A stretch of DNA of 35,316 nt from an uncultured Methanosarcinales archaeon (GTDB lineage Archaea; Nanobdellota; Nanobdellia; Woesearchaeales; CAYSVS01). The notes beneath the pieces were generated by a model. That model was not told the DNA's origin, ran no database searches, and saw only the letters and a list, made by a program, of their open reading frames with translations. The stretch is from contig CAZPRK010000011.1 in NCBI GenBank assembly GCA_964589485.1, positions 1 to 35,316 on the forward strand. The letters run 5' to 3'. Made by a program: the position numbers and the translations under genes. Within the stretch, counting starts at the first letter, position 1, and each line of letters starts with the position of its first letter. Shown piece by piece: positions 20,428-29,648 of this stretch.

Positions 20428-20616
20428 ATGGCGAAAAGAAAACCTAGAGCAACTCCAAAAAGAACAAGTGCTAAGCATAAATGTTATGATGGCGGAAAAC
20501 CTAAAAATAAATCTTGCCCTAAATGCGGTGTAGGTGTATTCTTAGCTGAACATAAGGATAGAAATACTTGTGGTCAATGTAAATACACTGAATTTAAGAC
20601 TTCTAATAAAGAATAA
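20428..20616 (+). CDS. rps27ae: 30S ribosomal protein S27ae
   Basis: [26 protein letters not shown]. Confidence 0.96.
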   Translation: MAKRKPRATPKRTSAKHKCYDGGKPKNKSCPKCGVGVFLAEHKDRNTCGQCKYTEFKTSNKE

Positions 20617-20619
20617 TTT

Positions 20620-21540
20620 TTATTTCTGACTTTGAAAAATAAGTAAATCTTCGTTGGTTAATTTTAAACCTTTTTTAATTTTTTCTTCTACATCTAATTC
20701 TTTTTCTTTAAGTTTTTTATTTTCTAGTTGTTTGTGTTTTTTTTGTTTTTCTGCTTTAATTTCACCAGCTTCAACTCTTAGTTTATTGAATTCGGTTAAT
20801 TCTGTTTTTAATTTAGAATTCATTTCAGTAAATTTCTTTCTGAATTCTAAAAATTTTTCAAAAGCTTTTTTTTCTTCTTCTTTAATTTCGTCTATTTCTT
20901 TAGATGAAACTATTAATTCTTCATGCTTTGTTTGACTTTCTTTAGCTCTTGATTGTATTTTTTTATGTGTATTTTCTGCTTTATCTTTATGTTTTTTAAT
21001 TTCTTTAGATATTTTATTTATTTTTTCAAAAACTACATTAACAACTTCAGTTTCTTTGTATTGTTTTTTCATTTCTTTAATTTTTTTCATTAATTCTTGT
21101 TCTTTTTTGAATGACATTGGTTCTGTTTCAATTTTAAGTTCAAATTCATCCATTTTTTCTTTTAATTTAGAATTATCTGTTTTTATTTTATGTTTTTTTA
21201 GAAGTTCATCTTTTTCTTTAGTTAGTTTTTTTGCTTCATCAATTAGTTTTTTTATTTTAGAATTTAATTCTGTTCTTTCTTTTTTATTTACTTTAACTTC
21301 GGAAGTATATTTGTTCCTTTTAGATTTACTTTCTTTAATATTTTTAATTAAATTTGATATTTTTAAGTTTAAGTCTTGTTTTTTCTTAAACCATTTTTCT
21401 TTTTGTTCATTTAAAGAATTCAATTCTTCTTTTATATCATTAATTATTTGTTTTTTATCTGAAATATTTTTATAGAGAGAACTATTTACATGCTTTTTGT
21501 CTTTATTTTCTTGATTGACATTTTGACCCATTCTAAACAC
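20620..21540 (-). CDS. Archaeal coiled-coil protein (COG1340-like)
   Basis: Long heptads, LKIETEPMSFKKEQELMK, terminal KKGLKLTNEDLLIFQ. Confidence 0.8.
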   Translation of the reverse strand: MFRMGQNVNQENKDKKHVNSSLYKNISDKKQIINDIKEELNSLNEQKEKWFKKKQDLNLKISNLIKNIKESKSKRNKYTSEVKVNKKERTELNSKIKKLIDEAKKLTKEKDELLKKHKIKTDNSKLKEKMDEFELKIETEPMSFKKEQELMKKIKEMKKQYKETEVVNVVFEKINKISKEIKKHKDKAENTHKKIQSRAKESQTKHEELIVSSKEIDEIKEEEKKAFEKFLEFRKKFTEMNSKLKTELTEFNKLRVEAGEIKAEKQKKHKQLENKKLKEKELDVEEKIKKGLKLTNEDLLIFQSQK

Positions 21541-21563
21541 TAAAAATAAAATAAAAAAAAAGT

Positions 21564-21881
21564 TTAACCAAATAGAGCTCCTAACCCTGCTGCAGCTTGT
21601 CCATCATCTTTCTTTTCTTCTTTTGGCGCTTCTTTCTTTTCTTCTGTTGGAGCTGCTTCACTTGATGCACTAGCACTAGGTGCGGCTGCAACTTGAGATA
21701 CTGCTGCTTTTTCTATAGCTTCTTCAATATTAACTCCATCTAGAGCAGCAACTAACGCTTTTACTCTTGCTTCATCAACACTGACACCTGCAGCTTCTAA
21801 TACTTTTTTAACAGAACCCTCTTCGATTGCTTTTCCAGCTTTATGCAATAACATTGCGGCATATATATATTCCATTTTCAT
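21564..21881 (-). CDS. rpl12: 50S stalk protein P1 (L12p)
   Basis: [11 protein letters not shown]…VKALVAAL…GLGALFG. Confidence 0.97.
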   Translation of the reverse strand: MKMEYIYAAMLLHKAGKAIEEGSVKKVLEAAGVSVDEARVKALVAALDGVNIEEAIEKAAVSQVAAAPSASASSEAAPTEEKKEAPKEEKKDDGQAAAGLGALFG

Positions 21882-21887
21882 GACCTC

Positions 21888-23246
21888 CTATGATTGTAAA
21901 TTTTTCTTTTCTTTTTCTTTCATTAAATCGTACGCACTTGGTACTTTTTCTGGTTCTTTAGGTTTTTCTTTCAATAAGTTCTCAGCCTTAGGAACCTCAC
22001 TTTCAATAACTTTTTCAATTACTTCTTTACTTTCTTCTAATTTTTCTTTTTCTTCTACTGTTTTGGCATTATCAATATCTTTTTGCATATCTTTTTCTAA
22101 AACTTCTTCATCTTTTTTGATTTCTTCTTTTGATTCTACAACTTTTGGATCTTTTTCAGCCTGTTCTTCTGCTTTTTTTATAATTTCTTCTTCTTTAGGA
22201 GCTTCAGCAACTTCTTCTTTTACAGGTTCTTCTGCTTTTTTTATAATTTCTTCTTCTTTAGGAGCTTCAGCAACTTCTTCTTTTACAGGTTCTTCTGCTT
22301 TTTCTTCTTTAGGAGTTTCAGCAACTTCTTCTTTTACAGGTTCTTCTGCTTTTTCTTCTTTAGGAGCAACTTCCTCTGTTTTAGCTTTTTCAACAACTTC
22401 GATATTGGCTGTATCTTTTAAACTATTCATTTGTCTTTCAGCTTTAGATAATAATTCTTCAGTAACTGCATCTGCTAAGAAATTAGTTTCTAATGCAAGT
22501 CCTTTTGAATCAGTAAAAGATTTTGAAATTAATGTTGAAATGTTATCTTTAGTTGGGTAAGCACTTTCTACGCTTAAGTTGAATGCCCATCTGCTTGCGT
22601 TTTGTAATTTATTGATAAACTCTTCTTCATCAACATCTAAAACGTCTTTGTTAAAAATAACTCCATCTTCGTATGTTGCAATTAAATCTAAACCAACTTC
22701 CATTGGTTCTACTCCTAGTCTAGTAAGAATTTCTGCTAATTTTGGACTAATAACTTCATCTCTTTTGGCTACAATAGAATCTTCTTTTATTGCAATTTTA
22801 CCATTTTCAACTCCGCACTTAATTCCAACTTCCCCTAACTCACTAATAATTGGACCAGGTGCAAATGCAGTTGGTCCTGCTTTTACTTCTATGTCGTTTG
22901 GAGCTTTTTGTCCTCCTTTGGCAGGAGCGTTAGATTTATTTTTTTTCAATATTTTAAATAATTTAAATGGATTTTCATTAGTAAATAATAATGCGGGCAT
23001 ACCTTGTAAATATTCTGCTAACTTTTCAATTCCTTTTTTATTTTCTTGGCATTGTTCTAAAGCAATTTTTAATAATCTTCTTTTACTCATTTTCAGAAAT
23101 ACTGTATCTTGTAGAACTAATCTCATTTTCTGTAATTGTGGAGCTGGTAAGCCTTCCATATTTACAGCACCAATAATTTTATATTTATTGATTAGGTCAA
23201 CATATTCTTGTACTGTTTTCTTTTTTGCTTCTGAAACGTGAGCCAT
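21888..23246 (-). CDS. rpl10: 50S ribosomal protein L10 (P0) with long acidic repeat extension
   Basis: MAHVSEAKK, GPTAFAPGP, LGVEPMEVGL, A…AFNLSV. Start at ATG 23246 after GAGGT. Confidence 0.95.
   Translation of the reverse strand: MAHVSEAKKKTVQEYVDLINKYKIIGAVNMEGLPAPQLQKMRLVLQDTVFLKMSKRRLLKIALEQCQENKKGIEKLAEYLQGMPALLFTNENPFKLFKILKKNKSNAPAKGGQKAPNDIEVKAGPTAFAPGPIISELGEVGIKCGVENGKIAIKEDSIVAKRDEVISPKLAEILTRLGVEPMEVGLDLIATYEDGVIFNKDVLDVDEEEFINKLQNASRWAFNLSVESAYPTKDNISTLISKSFTDSKGLALETNFLADAVTEELLSKAERQMNSLKDTANIEVVEKAKTEEVAPKEEKAEEPVKEEVAETPKEEKAEEPVKEEVAEAPKEEEIIKKAEEPVKEEVAEAPKEEEIIKKAEEQAEKDPKVVESKEEIKKDEEVLEKDMQKDIDNAKTVEEKEKLEESKEVIEKVIESEVPKAENLLKEKPKEPEKVPSAYDLMKEKEKKNLQS
22160..22385 (-). 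repeat. Coding tandem repeats of 51/63 bp, KAEEPVKEEVAE(A/T)PKEE(EIIK)
   Basis: Three near-identical units plus partial copies visible in DNA and protein. Confidence 0.9.
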
Positions 23247-23247
23247 C

Positions 23248-23898
23248 TTATTTAACCTCAATCGCCTTTGACATTGTTAGTTTCATAAATATCTTTTTGA
23301 TGTTATTTTTTTCTTTAGGTAAATTTTGAATTAATGAATTATATAATGTAGTGATGTTATCAACTAATTCTTCTTCTTTTTGGTCTTCTTTTCCTATACT
23401 ACACATAAACATTGGTGTAGTTTTAACGCTTACTTTTATTACGTTTTGAAGTCTATCATACAATGGCTTTAATGAAGCTTTAGGTGGTACAACACATCCT
23501 GCTTTAGGGTTTGGCATTTTACCTCTTGGTCCAAATATTCTACCAAATGTACTTGCTACTTGTGCCATTATGTTTGCTTGAGCAATAAAAAAATCATAAT
23601 CATTTGCTAATTTCTTTGTAGCTTTTTTATCTTTTGCAAATTTTGGAAAATCATCTGCTAGGACTACATGATCACAAACTTTTTTAGCTTCTTCTGCTAA
23701 TTCAGTATCTACTAATGCGCAAATTTTAATTTTTTTACCTCTTGGGTAATGTAGTTGTAAGAAATATTCTGTTTGTTGATCTGTTTTTTTCAAATCAATA
23801 TCCTTAAAATGTGCTATAATGTCTATTGATTGAGAGAATTTCCTTTGTTTTGATTCTTTTAATTTTTTCAGAGTTTCTAATATTGCTTTTTTTTCCAT
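23248..23898 (-). CDS. rpl1: 50S ribosomal protein L1
   Basis: RKFSQSID, GRIFGPRGKMPNPK, KLTMS. Start at ATG 23898 after GGAGG. Confidence 0.97.
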   Translation of the reverse strand: MEKKAILETLKKLKESKQRKFSQSIDIIAHFKDIDLKKTDQQTEYFLQLHYPRGKKIKICALVDTELAEEAKKVCDHVVLADDFPKFAKDKKATKKLANDYDFFIAQANIMAQVASTFGRIFGPRGKMPNPKAGCVVPPKASLKPLYDRLQNVIKVSVKTTPMFMCSIGKEDQKEEELVDNITTLYNSLIQNLPKEKNNIKKIFMKLTMSKAIEVK

Positions 23899-24106
23899 AT
23901 TTAACGCCCTCCTATACATCGTATAGTAATACGGGATAAGTCTTAGAAAAATGGGCTTGTTTATAAAAGTTGTGGTTGAAATAAGTAATAGATTGGTTCA
24001 AATCTGTGTCCACGACGTAATCTCTTCTACTTATACTAGCAAATACTATTAAAACACATAGTGCCTAAACAATAACTTTATTAAATAATGTTTAATTCTG
24101 ATTTTA

Positions 24107-24904
24107 ATGCATTTAAGCAAAATATTGCTAACAAGTAGACCAATATTGTGGTTTATGGGTCCTTTAGTTTACTTTTCAATTATTAAAATGTATGCTGTTT
24201 CATTAACTCCTGTAATTTTATTTCAAGCTTTGATGTTATCTTTTCCATTAAGCTTTTTTTTATATGGTATAAATGACATTTATGACTCTAAAACGGATGT
24301 AATTAATCAAAGAAGATCAGTTAAATTAACTAAATCTGATATTTATTCGATAAAGAAAATTTCTTTTTATATGGTTTCTTTTCTTATATTTAGTTCGTTA
24401 CTTACTATGGATGTTAAAAATTTAGTTGCTATGATTTTATTAGTATTTTTATCTTATTATTATTCTGCTCCTCCTCTTAGATTTAAGGAATTACCTCTGT
24501 TGGATTCTTTATCTAATGCTTTAATAGTTTATGCTGTTGTAATGCTTGTTTTTTCATTTACTAATGAACTTTTTTCAAGTAAAATTATTTTTGGATTAAT
24601 TGCAGTTGCAGGATTTCATGCTTTTGCTGCAGCTTTAGATTATGATGCCGATAGGATTAGTAAAACAAAAACTATTGCAGTTATATTTGGAAAAAAAATA
24701 ACTATATTATTCTCTATATTTTGTTTATCTTTTGCTTATTTCTTTTCAGGAATAGTTAGTTTTTGGATTAATTATTTTTTATTATTGAATCTTTTACTTT
24801 TTATTTTTTGTTTTTTATTTCCTAAATATCAGTATTTGCGAACAACTTTATTGATTTCCTGCATAACCTTTATATTTTTTATTACTCTATTCGTAATATT
24901 ATGA
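24107..24904 (+). CDS. UbiA-family prenyltransferase, lycopene elongase (LyeJ/CrtEb)-like
   Basis: SRP..W, LYGINDIYD..TD..N, YSAPPLRFK..PLLDSLSN, DYDAD…TIAV. Confidence 0.8.
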   Translation: MHLSKILLTSRPILWFMGPLVYFSIIKMYAVSLTPVILFQALMLSFPLSFFLYGINDIYDSKTDVINQRRSVKLTKSDIYSIKKISFYMVSFLIFSSLLTMDVKNLVAMILLVFLSYYYSAPPLRFKELPLLDSLSNALIVYAVVMLVFSFTNELFSSKIIFGLIAVAGFHAFAAALDYDADRISKTKTIAVIFGKKITILFSIFCLSFAYFFSGIVSFWINYFLLLNLLLFIFCFLFPKYQYLRTTLLISCITFIFFITLFVIL

Positions 24905-25950
24905 ATGTTTTATTAAGTGACTATAGGCAAAAAGTAGAGAATGAACTAAATATTTTTTTTGATGAAAAGTTAGAAAGTTCTAAGCAGTTAGATAAAAATG
25001 CATATGAAATGGTTAAACTTTTAAAAGAATTTACTTTAAGGGGAGGTAAAAGAATAAGGGGTGCATTATTTTATTATGGTTATAAATTATTTTCTGATGA
25101 TAACTTAGATGAAGTTCTTAAGGCATCGATGTGTTTTGAATTGATTCAAAGTAGTTTACTTATCCATGATGATATAATTGATAAGGATGATTTAAGAAGA
25201 GGCGGAGATACGATGCATCGTTCTTATGAAAAGTTTCATGGACAATCTAAATTAGCAGGTGATGCAAAACACTTTGGAACCAGTATGGGTATTTTAGCAG
25301 GTGATTTATCTATTTTTTTTGCAAATGAGTTGTTAGCTGATTTAAAATTAAAAAGCAGTTCTACGGCTTTAAAAGAGCTAAACAGATTAATTCCTTGGGT
25401 AATATATGGGCAATTATTAGATGCTCTTACTGAGTTACAAGATAAAGTGGAAGTTGATACTGTAATAAAAATAAATAGATTAAAAACTGCAACGTATACA
25501 ATAGAAGGTCCTTTGAGGGTTGGTGCATTACTGGCCGGGGCAACTAAAGAACAATTGGAAAGTCTATCGAATTATGGTGTCCCACTTGGAAAAGCATTTC
25601 AGATTAAAGATGATATTTTAGATTTATTTGGTGATGAAAGTAAAGTTGGAAAACCAATTGGTTCTGATATTAGGCAAGGAAAAAGAAACCTTTTGGTTAC
25701 TAAAGCTTTAGAAAATGCATCAAGTGAAGATAAAACTTTTTTATTATCTTGTTTGGGAAATAAAAATTTAACCGATTTAGATAAAGTTAGGGCTATTGTT
25801 GAAAGTACTGGTGCATTAAAATTTGCACAAGATTTATCTGCTTATTTTGTTAAAGAATCTAAGACTGTGTTGTCTACTTTTGATAATAGTAAGGAGAGTG
25901 TAAAATTATTATCTTGGTTGGCTGATTATGTTCAAGACCGTGACCTTTAA
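24901..25950 (+). CDS. Polyprenyl diphosphate synthase (GGPP synthase-like)
   Basis: GGKRIR, FARM LIHDDIIDKDDLRRG, KTATY, SARM FQIKDDILD; ATGA overlap with the UbiA-like gene. Confidence 0.92.
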   Translation: MNVLLSDYRQKVENELNIFFDEKLESSKQLDKNAYEMVKLLKEFTLRGGKRIRGALFYYGYKLFSDDNLDEVLKASMCFELIQSSLLIHDDIIDKDDLRRGGDTMHRSYEKFHGQSKLAGDAKHFGTSMGILAGDLSIFFANELLADLKLKSSSTALKELNRLIPWVIYGQLLDALTELQDKVEVDTVIKINRLKTATYTIEGPLRVGALLAGATKEQLESLSNYGVPLGKAFQIKDDILDLFGDESKVGKPIGSDIRQGKRNLLVTKALENASSEDKTFLLSCLGNKNLTDLDKVRAIVESTGALKFAQDLSAYFVKESKTVLSTFDNSKESVKLLSWLADYVQDRDL

Positions 25951-26639
25951 TTCCCGAATCTTCTTTCTCTAATTTGATATTCTTCGAGACATTTTGTAAA
26001 GTCTTCTTTATCGAATTCTGGAAATTTTTTATCAAGAAATATCCATTCTGAATATATGCTTTGTATTGGAAGAAAATTACTTGTTCTAATTTCCCCTCCT
26101 GTTCTTATAATTAAATCTGGTTCTTTGTCAAGGTATAAATGTTTTGAAAAAGTTTTTTCATTTATTTCTTCAATATTTATTTTACCTTCTATTGCTTGCT
26201 TTGTTATTTGTTTAACTGCATCGATAACTTCTGATTTTCCACTGTATGCCATTGCAATATTAATTGTTAATTTATTATTATTTTTAGTTTCTTCCATTAA
26301 GGTTTGCATAGAATCATAAAGTTCTTTTTCAAAAAGGTTTAGTCTACCTATAAAATTAATTTTTATGTTTCTTTCATTAAGTTTTTTGGTTTTTAATTCG
26401 TCTATATTTTGTTTGAATATTTTAATCAAATAATTAAATTCGTCTCTAGGTCTTGAATCAAAATTTTCTAAAGAAAATGCGTATAAAGTTAAATCTGAAA
26501 TTTCATATTCAAGACACCAATCTATTAATTCTTGGATTTTTTGAGAACCTATCTCATGTCCTTGCCATGGTTTCAACATAAGTTTTTTAGCAAATCTTCT
26601 GTTTCCATCCATGATGATTCCTATGTGTTTTAGTGTCAT
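25947..26639 (-). CDS. uppS: cis-prenyltransferase (undecaprenyl diphosphate synthase)
   Basis: HIGIIMDGNRR, YAFSLENF, PDLIIRTGGEIRTSNFL, RRFG. Confidence 0.96.
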   Translation of the reverse strand: MTLKHIGIIMDGNRRFAKKLMLKPWQGHEIGSQKIQELIDWCLEYEISDLTLYAFSLENFDSRPRDEFNYLIKIFKQNIDELKTKKLNERNIKINFIGRLNLFEKELYDSMQTLMEETKNNNKLTINIAMAYSGKSEVIDAVKQITKQAIEGKINIEEINEKTFSKHLYLDKEPDLIIRTGGEIRTSNFLPIQSIYSEWIFLDKKFPEFDKEDFTKCLEEYQIRERRFGN

Positions 26640-26680
26640 AAATAAACCTACATTTTAAAGTAATATAAATAAGTTTAGAA

Positions 26681-26941
26681 TTAAATTAAACTTTGAAATT
26701 TTGAAGTTTGTTTTTGTATTGATTTAACTGCTTCAACAATTATTTTTTTAGGATCTGTTCCTGAAGTTTCTAGGAACAAAGTTACTTTATTTACTAATGG
26801 GTGTTTGATTTTATAACTAGCTATTTTAACGTCTTTATTATTTTGTAGTTCTTCTTTAAGTAAATTACAGAAAGTGTGATCTTCTCCTTCTATTTCGAAT
26901 GTAAGTTTGTTTTTACTCTCTTCTATATATTCAATTTCCAT
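26681..26941 (-). CDS. rpoL: RNA polymerase subunit L (Rpo11)
   Basis: GEDHTFCNLL…ASYKIKHPL. Confidence 0.95.
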   Translation of the reverse strand: MEIEYIEESKNKLTFEIEGEDHTFCNLLKEELQNNKDVKIASYKIKHPLVNKVTLFLETSGTDPKKIIVEAVKSIQKQTSKFQSLI

Positions 26942-26977
26942 AGCTATTCACCTATTTTGTTTGAAATTTGTCTTTAT

Positions 26978-27595
26978 TTAAAAAGGTTTCTGAATCTTAA
27001 AACAACTAACATTAATTCTTTCTATTCTCTTTGTATGGTGTTTATAAGTTTGTTTTAAAGGGAATTTAAACTTAAATTCTTGAGTTATTTTTGCATTATT
27101 ATCTTTGCATACTGCCTCTACAAAGCCTTTTGTCTCACTTTTATGCATAGAATAAACTATATTGCTATTAGAAAGAGCTTTTTCGAGGAATATTTTGTCT
27201 GCATGTTTAGTTTGCACACCAAATGGTGGGTTTTGTATTGTCAAATTTGCTTTAAAATCTATGTTTTTTATGTCGTCTATGATTATTTTATAGCTATTTA
27301 AGTCATTTAAACCCTCACTTTCAAGGTTTTTGTGTAGTGTTTCAACTGCTTTTTCATCAATTTCGATAAAAATAATTCTCTTTGCGCCTAATAATAAACA
27401 TCCTATTCCTAATATACCTGTTCCGCACCCTGCATCAACTATCACTTTTCCTTGTATTTCATCTTGCATGTGCATATTCCATAGTATTTCTGCTACTATT
27501 TCAGAATCTGTGGGGTATTGTTCATACCTCACTTTAGGGTTTTCAAACACTTTTAACTTAGATAATTTGATTGCTAATTGTGATTTTGATATCAT
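26978..27595 (-). CDS. METTL5-family N6-adenine rRNA methyltransferase
   Basis: EQYPT, DAGCGTG, QNPPFG, YSMHK. Confidence 0.92.
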   Translation of the reverse strand: MISKSQLAIKLSKLKVFENPKVRYEQYPTDSEIVAEILWNMHMQDEIQGKVIVDAGCGTGILGIGCLLLGAKRIIFIEIDEKAVETLHKNLESEGLNDLNSYKIIIDDIKNIDFKANLTIQNPPFGVQTKHADKIFLEKALSNSNIVYSMHKSETKGFVEAVCKDNNAKITQEFKFKFPLKQTYKHHTKRIERINVSCFKIQKPF

Positions 27596-27657
27596 TTTTT
27601 TATTGTATTTTTGGTTATATTTTAATGTATCTTTTCTTTGCGCTTAAAACTTTTAAT

Positions 27658-27812
27658 AGTCTCATTTGAGTCCCAAGTTAGTCCCAGGTTGGGACTAGTT
27701 GGGACTGTCTGGGACTAACTTTATCGTCAATGTTTTTCTTTTTTTGAGTCTCAATCTCAGTCCTGCCTTAGTCTCAGGACTGTCTTGGGACTAATAATGT
27801 GGGATTGGGACT
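27658..27812. repeat. Two head-to-head arrays of the AGTCYCA/TGGGACT heptamer; probable protein-binding array
   Basis: Forward 27658, 27669, 27680; reverse 27690, 27700, 27710. Second set: forward 27747, 27759 (AGTCCTG), 27770; reverse 27775 (CAGGACT), 27786, 27800 (TGGGATT), 27806. Confidence 0.92.
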
Positions 27813-27857
27813 ATTATTTTATTTGATTTTTGATTAAATGTTTTGTGCAGAATTAGC

Positions 27858-28553
27858 TTAAGAAAAAGAGTAAATTCTTTCCCTTCCTTCTTTGGAAACA
27901 GATAATGTTTCATCTACTTCTATTTCAGAAAGAATTCTATAAAGTGAGCTTTTAGAACATAGTTTTTGTTCATCAACAATCATTTCTTTTATTTTACTTC
28001 CAGGTAATGAATTGTATTTTTGAAGTAAATTTAGTATTGAATTTTTTACATAGTTTTTACTATTTTTGGCTAAGTTTTGGATTAACTTTTCTTTAAAGTT
28101 AGATTTAGGTTTAGCTATTTCTGTGATTATATGTTGTTGTTTTGGCATTTTTTCTTGAATTGTGCTTAATCTTTCATGTTTTGTTTGTAAAAGTGAGTGT
28201 TTTTCTTCAAGTTCTTTTACTTTTTCATGCATCATTTTTACTCTATCAGGAGTATATTGGTGTGAAAAATGTAGCTGTTCTATTCTTTTATGCAGAGAAT
28301 TTAGTCTATGTCTTACATCGTGATTTAAATAATGCATATCGATTAAGTTAGTTATTTCTGCTTTAGAAGGCATAAAAGTGAGTTTTTCTTCAATAATATT
28401 AAGTCTTTTTATGTGGTTTTCGTGTTTAGTATCATGTTCAGTATGTTTCTGATGAAAATATTTAATCCATTCTAATAGGTTTTTAGTTTTATTATCTATA
28501 AAAGAACTAACTCTATTAAATATAAGTCTTTTATTTGCAAATAGCCCCCACAT
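27858..28553 (-). CDS. Coiled-coil protein with C-terminal winged-helix domain
   Basis: ILNLLQKY…IKEMIVDEQKLCSKSSLYRILSEIE plus a beta-wing. Likely start MWGLF at 28553, downstream of a TATA at about 28576-28583. Confidence 0.72.
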   Translation of the reverse strand: MWGLFANKRLIFNRVSSFIDNKTKNLLEWIKYFHQKHTEHDTKHENHIKRLNIIEEKLTFMPSKAEITNLIDMHYLNHDVRHRLNSLHKRIEQLHFSHQYTPDRVKMMHEKVKELEEKHSLLQTKHERLSTIQEKMPKQQHIITEIAKPKSNFKEKLIQNLAKNSKNYVKNSILNLLQKYNSLPGSKIKEMIVDEQKLCSKSSLYRILSEIEVDETLSVSKEGRERIYSFS

Positions 28554-28628
28554 ATTAGTAATAATTATATTCTCATTTAAATACCTTTTCATAAAATATA
28601 TAAACAGAATAAGATTATTTAATCTTAG

Positions 28629-29159
28629 ATGTTTTTCGATACAGCTAAAAAATTAAAAGAAGAGCTAGCCTCAAGTTTAAGTAATATTAAAGAACAGTTT
28701 CAACAACATTTAGATTCTATTAATGATAATACTAATGAGATTCAGGCTAATTATGAATACTTGTGTCAGCTTGATAATAAAATAGAAAAATTAAGTCAAA
28801 GAATTGATCAAATTCAATTATTGTTAAGGCAAGTAACAAAATCATCTTTGGTTGATGAAGAAGAAGAGTTTCAAGTACAACCTTTGGCTGTAAAAGAGAG
28901 AGAAGTTTTTCTTGTATTATATGCTGCAAATAAACAAGCATTAAGTTATTCTGAGATTTCTTCGTCGATAAATTTAACAGATAGTTTAGTTCAGCAATAT
29001 ATTACTAATTTAATTGAGAAAGGAGTTCCTATAATTAAAGAATACAGATTAGGTAAACCATTCATGAGGCTTGACGAGAAGTTTAAAGAGCTTCAAGCAA
29101 AGAAAAATATTTTAAATATAGATGAAAGCTTAATGAAAAAAGTCTTCTCAGGCTCTTAA
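28629..29159 (+). CDS. Coiled-coil protein with C-terminal winged-helix domain
   Basis: Heptads aa 1-68, then EREVFLVLY…LSYSEISSSINLTDSLVQQYITNLIEKGVPI (HTH_11/BirA-like). Confidence 0.8.
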   Translation: MFFDTAKKLKEELASSLSNIKEQFQQHLDSINDNTNEIQANYEYLCQLDNKIEKLSQRIDQIQLLLRQVTKSSLVDEEEEFQVQPLAVKEREVFLVLYAANKQALSYSEISSSINLTDSLVQQYITNLIEKGVPIIKEYRLGKPFMRLDEKFKELQAKKNILNIDESLMKKVFSGS

Positions 29160-29606
29160 TTTTTCGTTTTTAATGGACTTTTGTAAGTCTTGAATATAAT
29201 CTATTGAAGTTTCTAAATGGTTGTTTATTACTGTATTTGCTTTACTGAATGCTGTTTCCAAATTATTTCCATTTAATTCATACCCTTTACTTATTTCTCC
29301 TCTATTGGAGAATGATGCTTTTTTAATTATTTGTAATGTTAACCATCTTTTCAAATAGTCATACATTGTTTGTCTTTGTATGTTGGCATACATAGCCATT
29401 TCTTCTACTGACATAATCGATAATTCTGGTTTTTTTTCTTTTGTAGCTATTTTCTTTTTTTCATATAGTTGTAATAATAATTTATGAAAGTCTGCTTTTG
29501 CATCTTTTTTTCTAGGAATTAATCCAAACCTTGCAAGTGTAACTTTAGCTAATTCTTCTTTATTAGCACCTATTCCTGGGTTCATATGCCATAATTCTAT
29601 TTTCAT
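29148..29606 (-). CDS. Winged-helix DNA-binding protein
   Basis: MSVEEMAMYANIQRQTMYDYLKRWLTLQII…GYEL, followed by an amphipathic helix. Confidence 0.78.
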   Translation of the reverse strand: MKIELWHMNPGIGANKEELAKVTLARFGLIPRKKDAKADFHKLLLQLYEKKKIATKEKKPELSIMSVEEMAMYANIQRQTMYDYLKRWLTLQIIKKASFSNRGEISKGYELNGNNLETAFSKANTVINNHLETSIDYIQDLQKSIKNEKLRA

Positions 29607-29648
29607 AACTTTTATTATGAAATTTCTACTATAAATATTTTTCTGAGG

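Noticed and set aside
21880..23241. Long + strand ORFs of 226 and 220 aa, and similar shadows at 4192, 9028, 14317, 18385, 21056 and 34305
   Set aside because: Antisense shadows of well-supported genes, rich in S/F/L as expected from reversed E/K codons.
23899..23960. L1 autoregulatory mRNA structure in the rpl1 leader
   Set aside because: The GGAG is explained by the SD; I could not build a convincing 23S-mimic helix by eye. A covariance-model search would be needed.
24058..24068. 11-bp match ATAGTGCCTAA with the reverse complement at 30711-30721
   Set aside because: A single 11-mer match is plausible by chance in 35 kb of AT-rich DNA.
27658..27812. CRISPR array
   Set aside because: Units are 7 bp with 3-5 bp spacers and mixed orientation; no 23-47 bp repeats and no cas genes.
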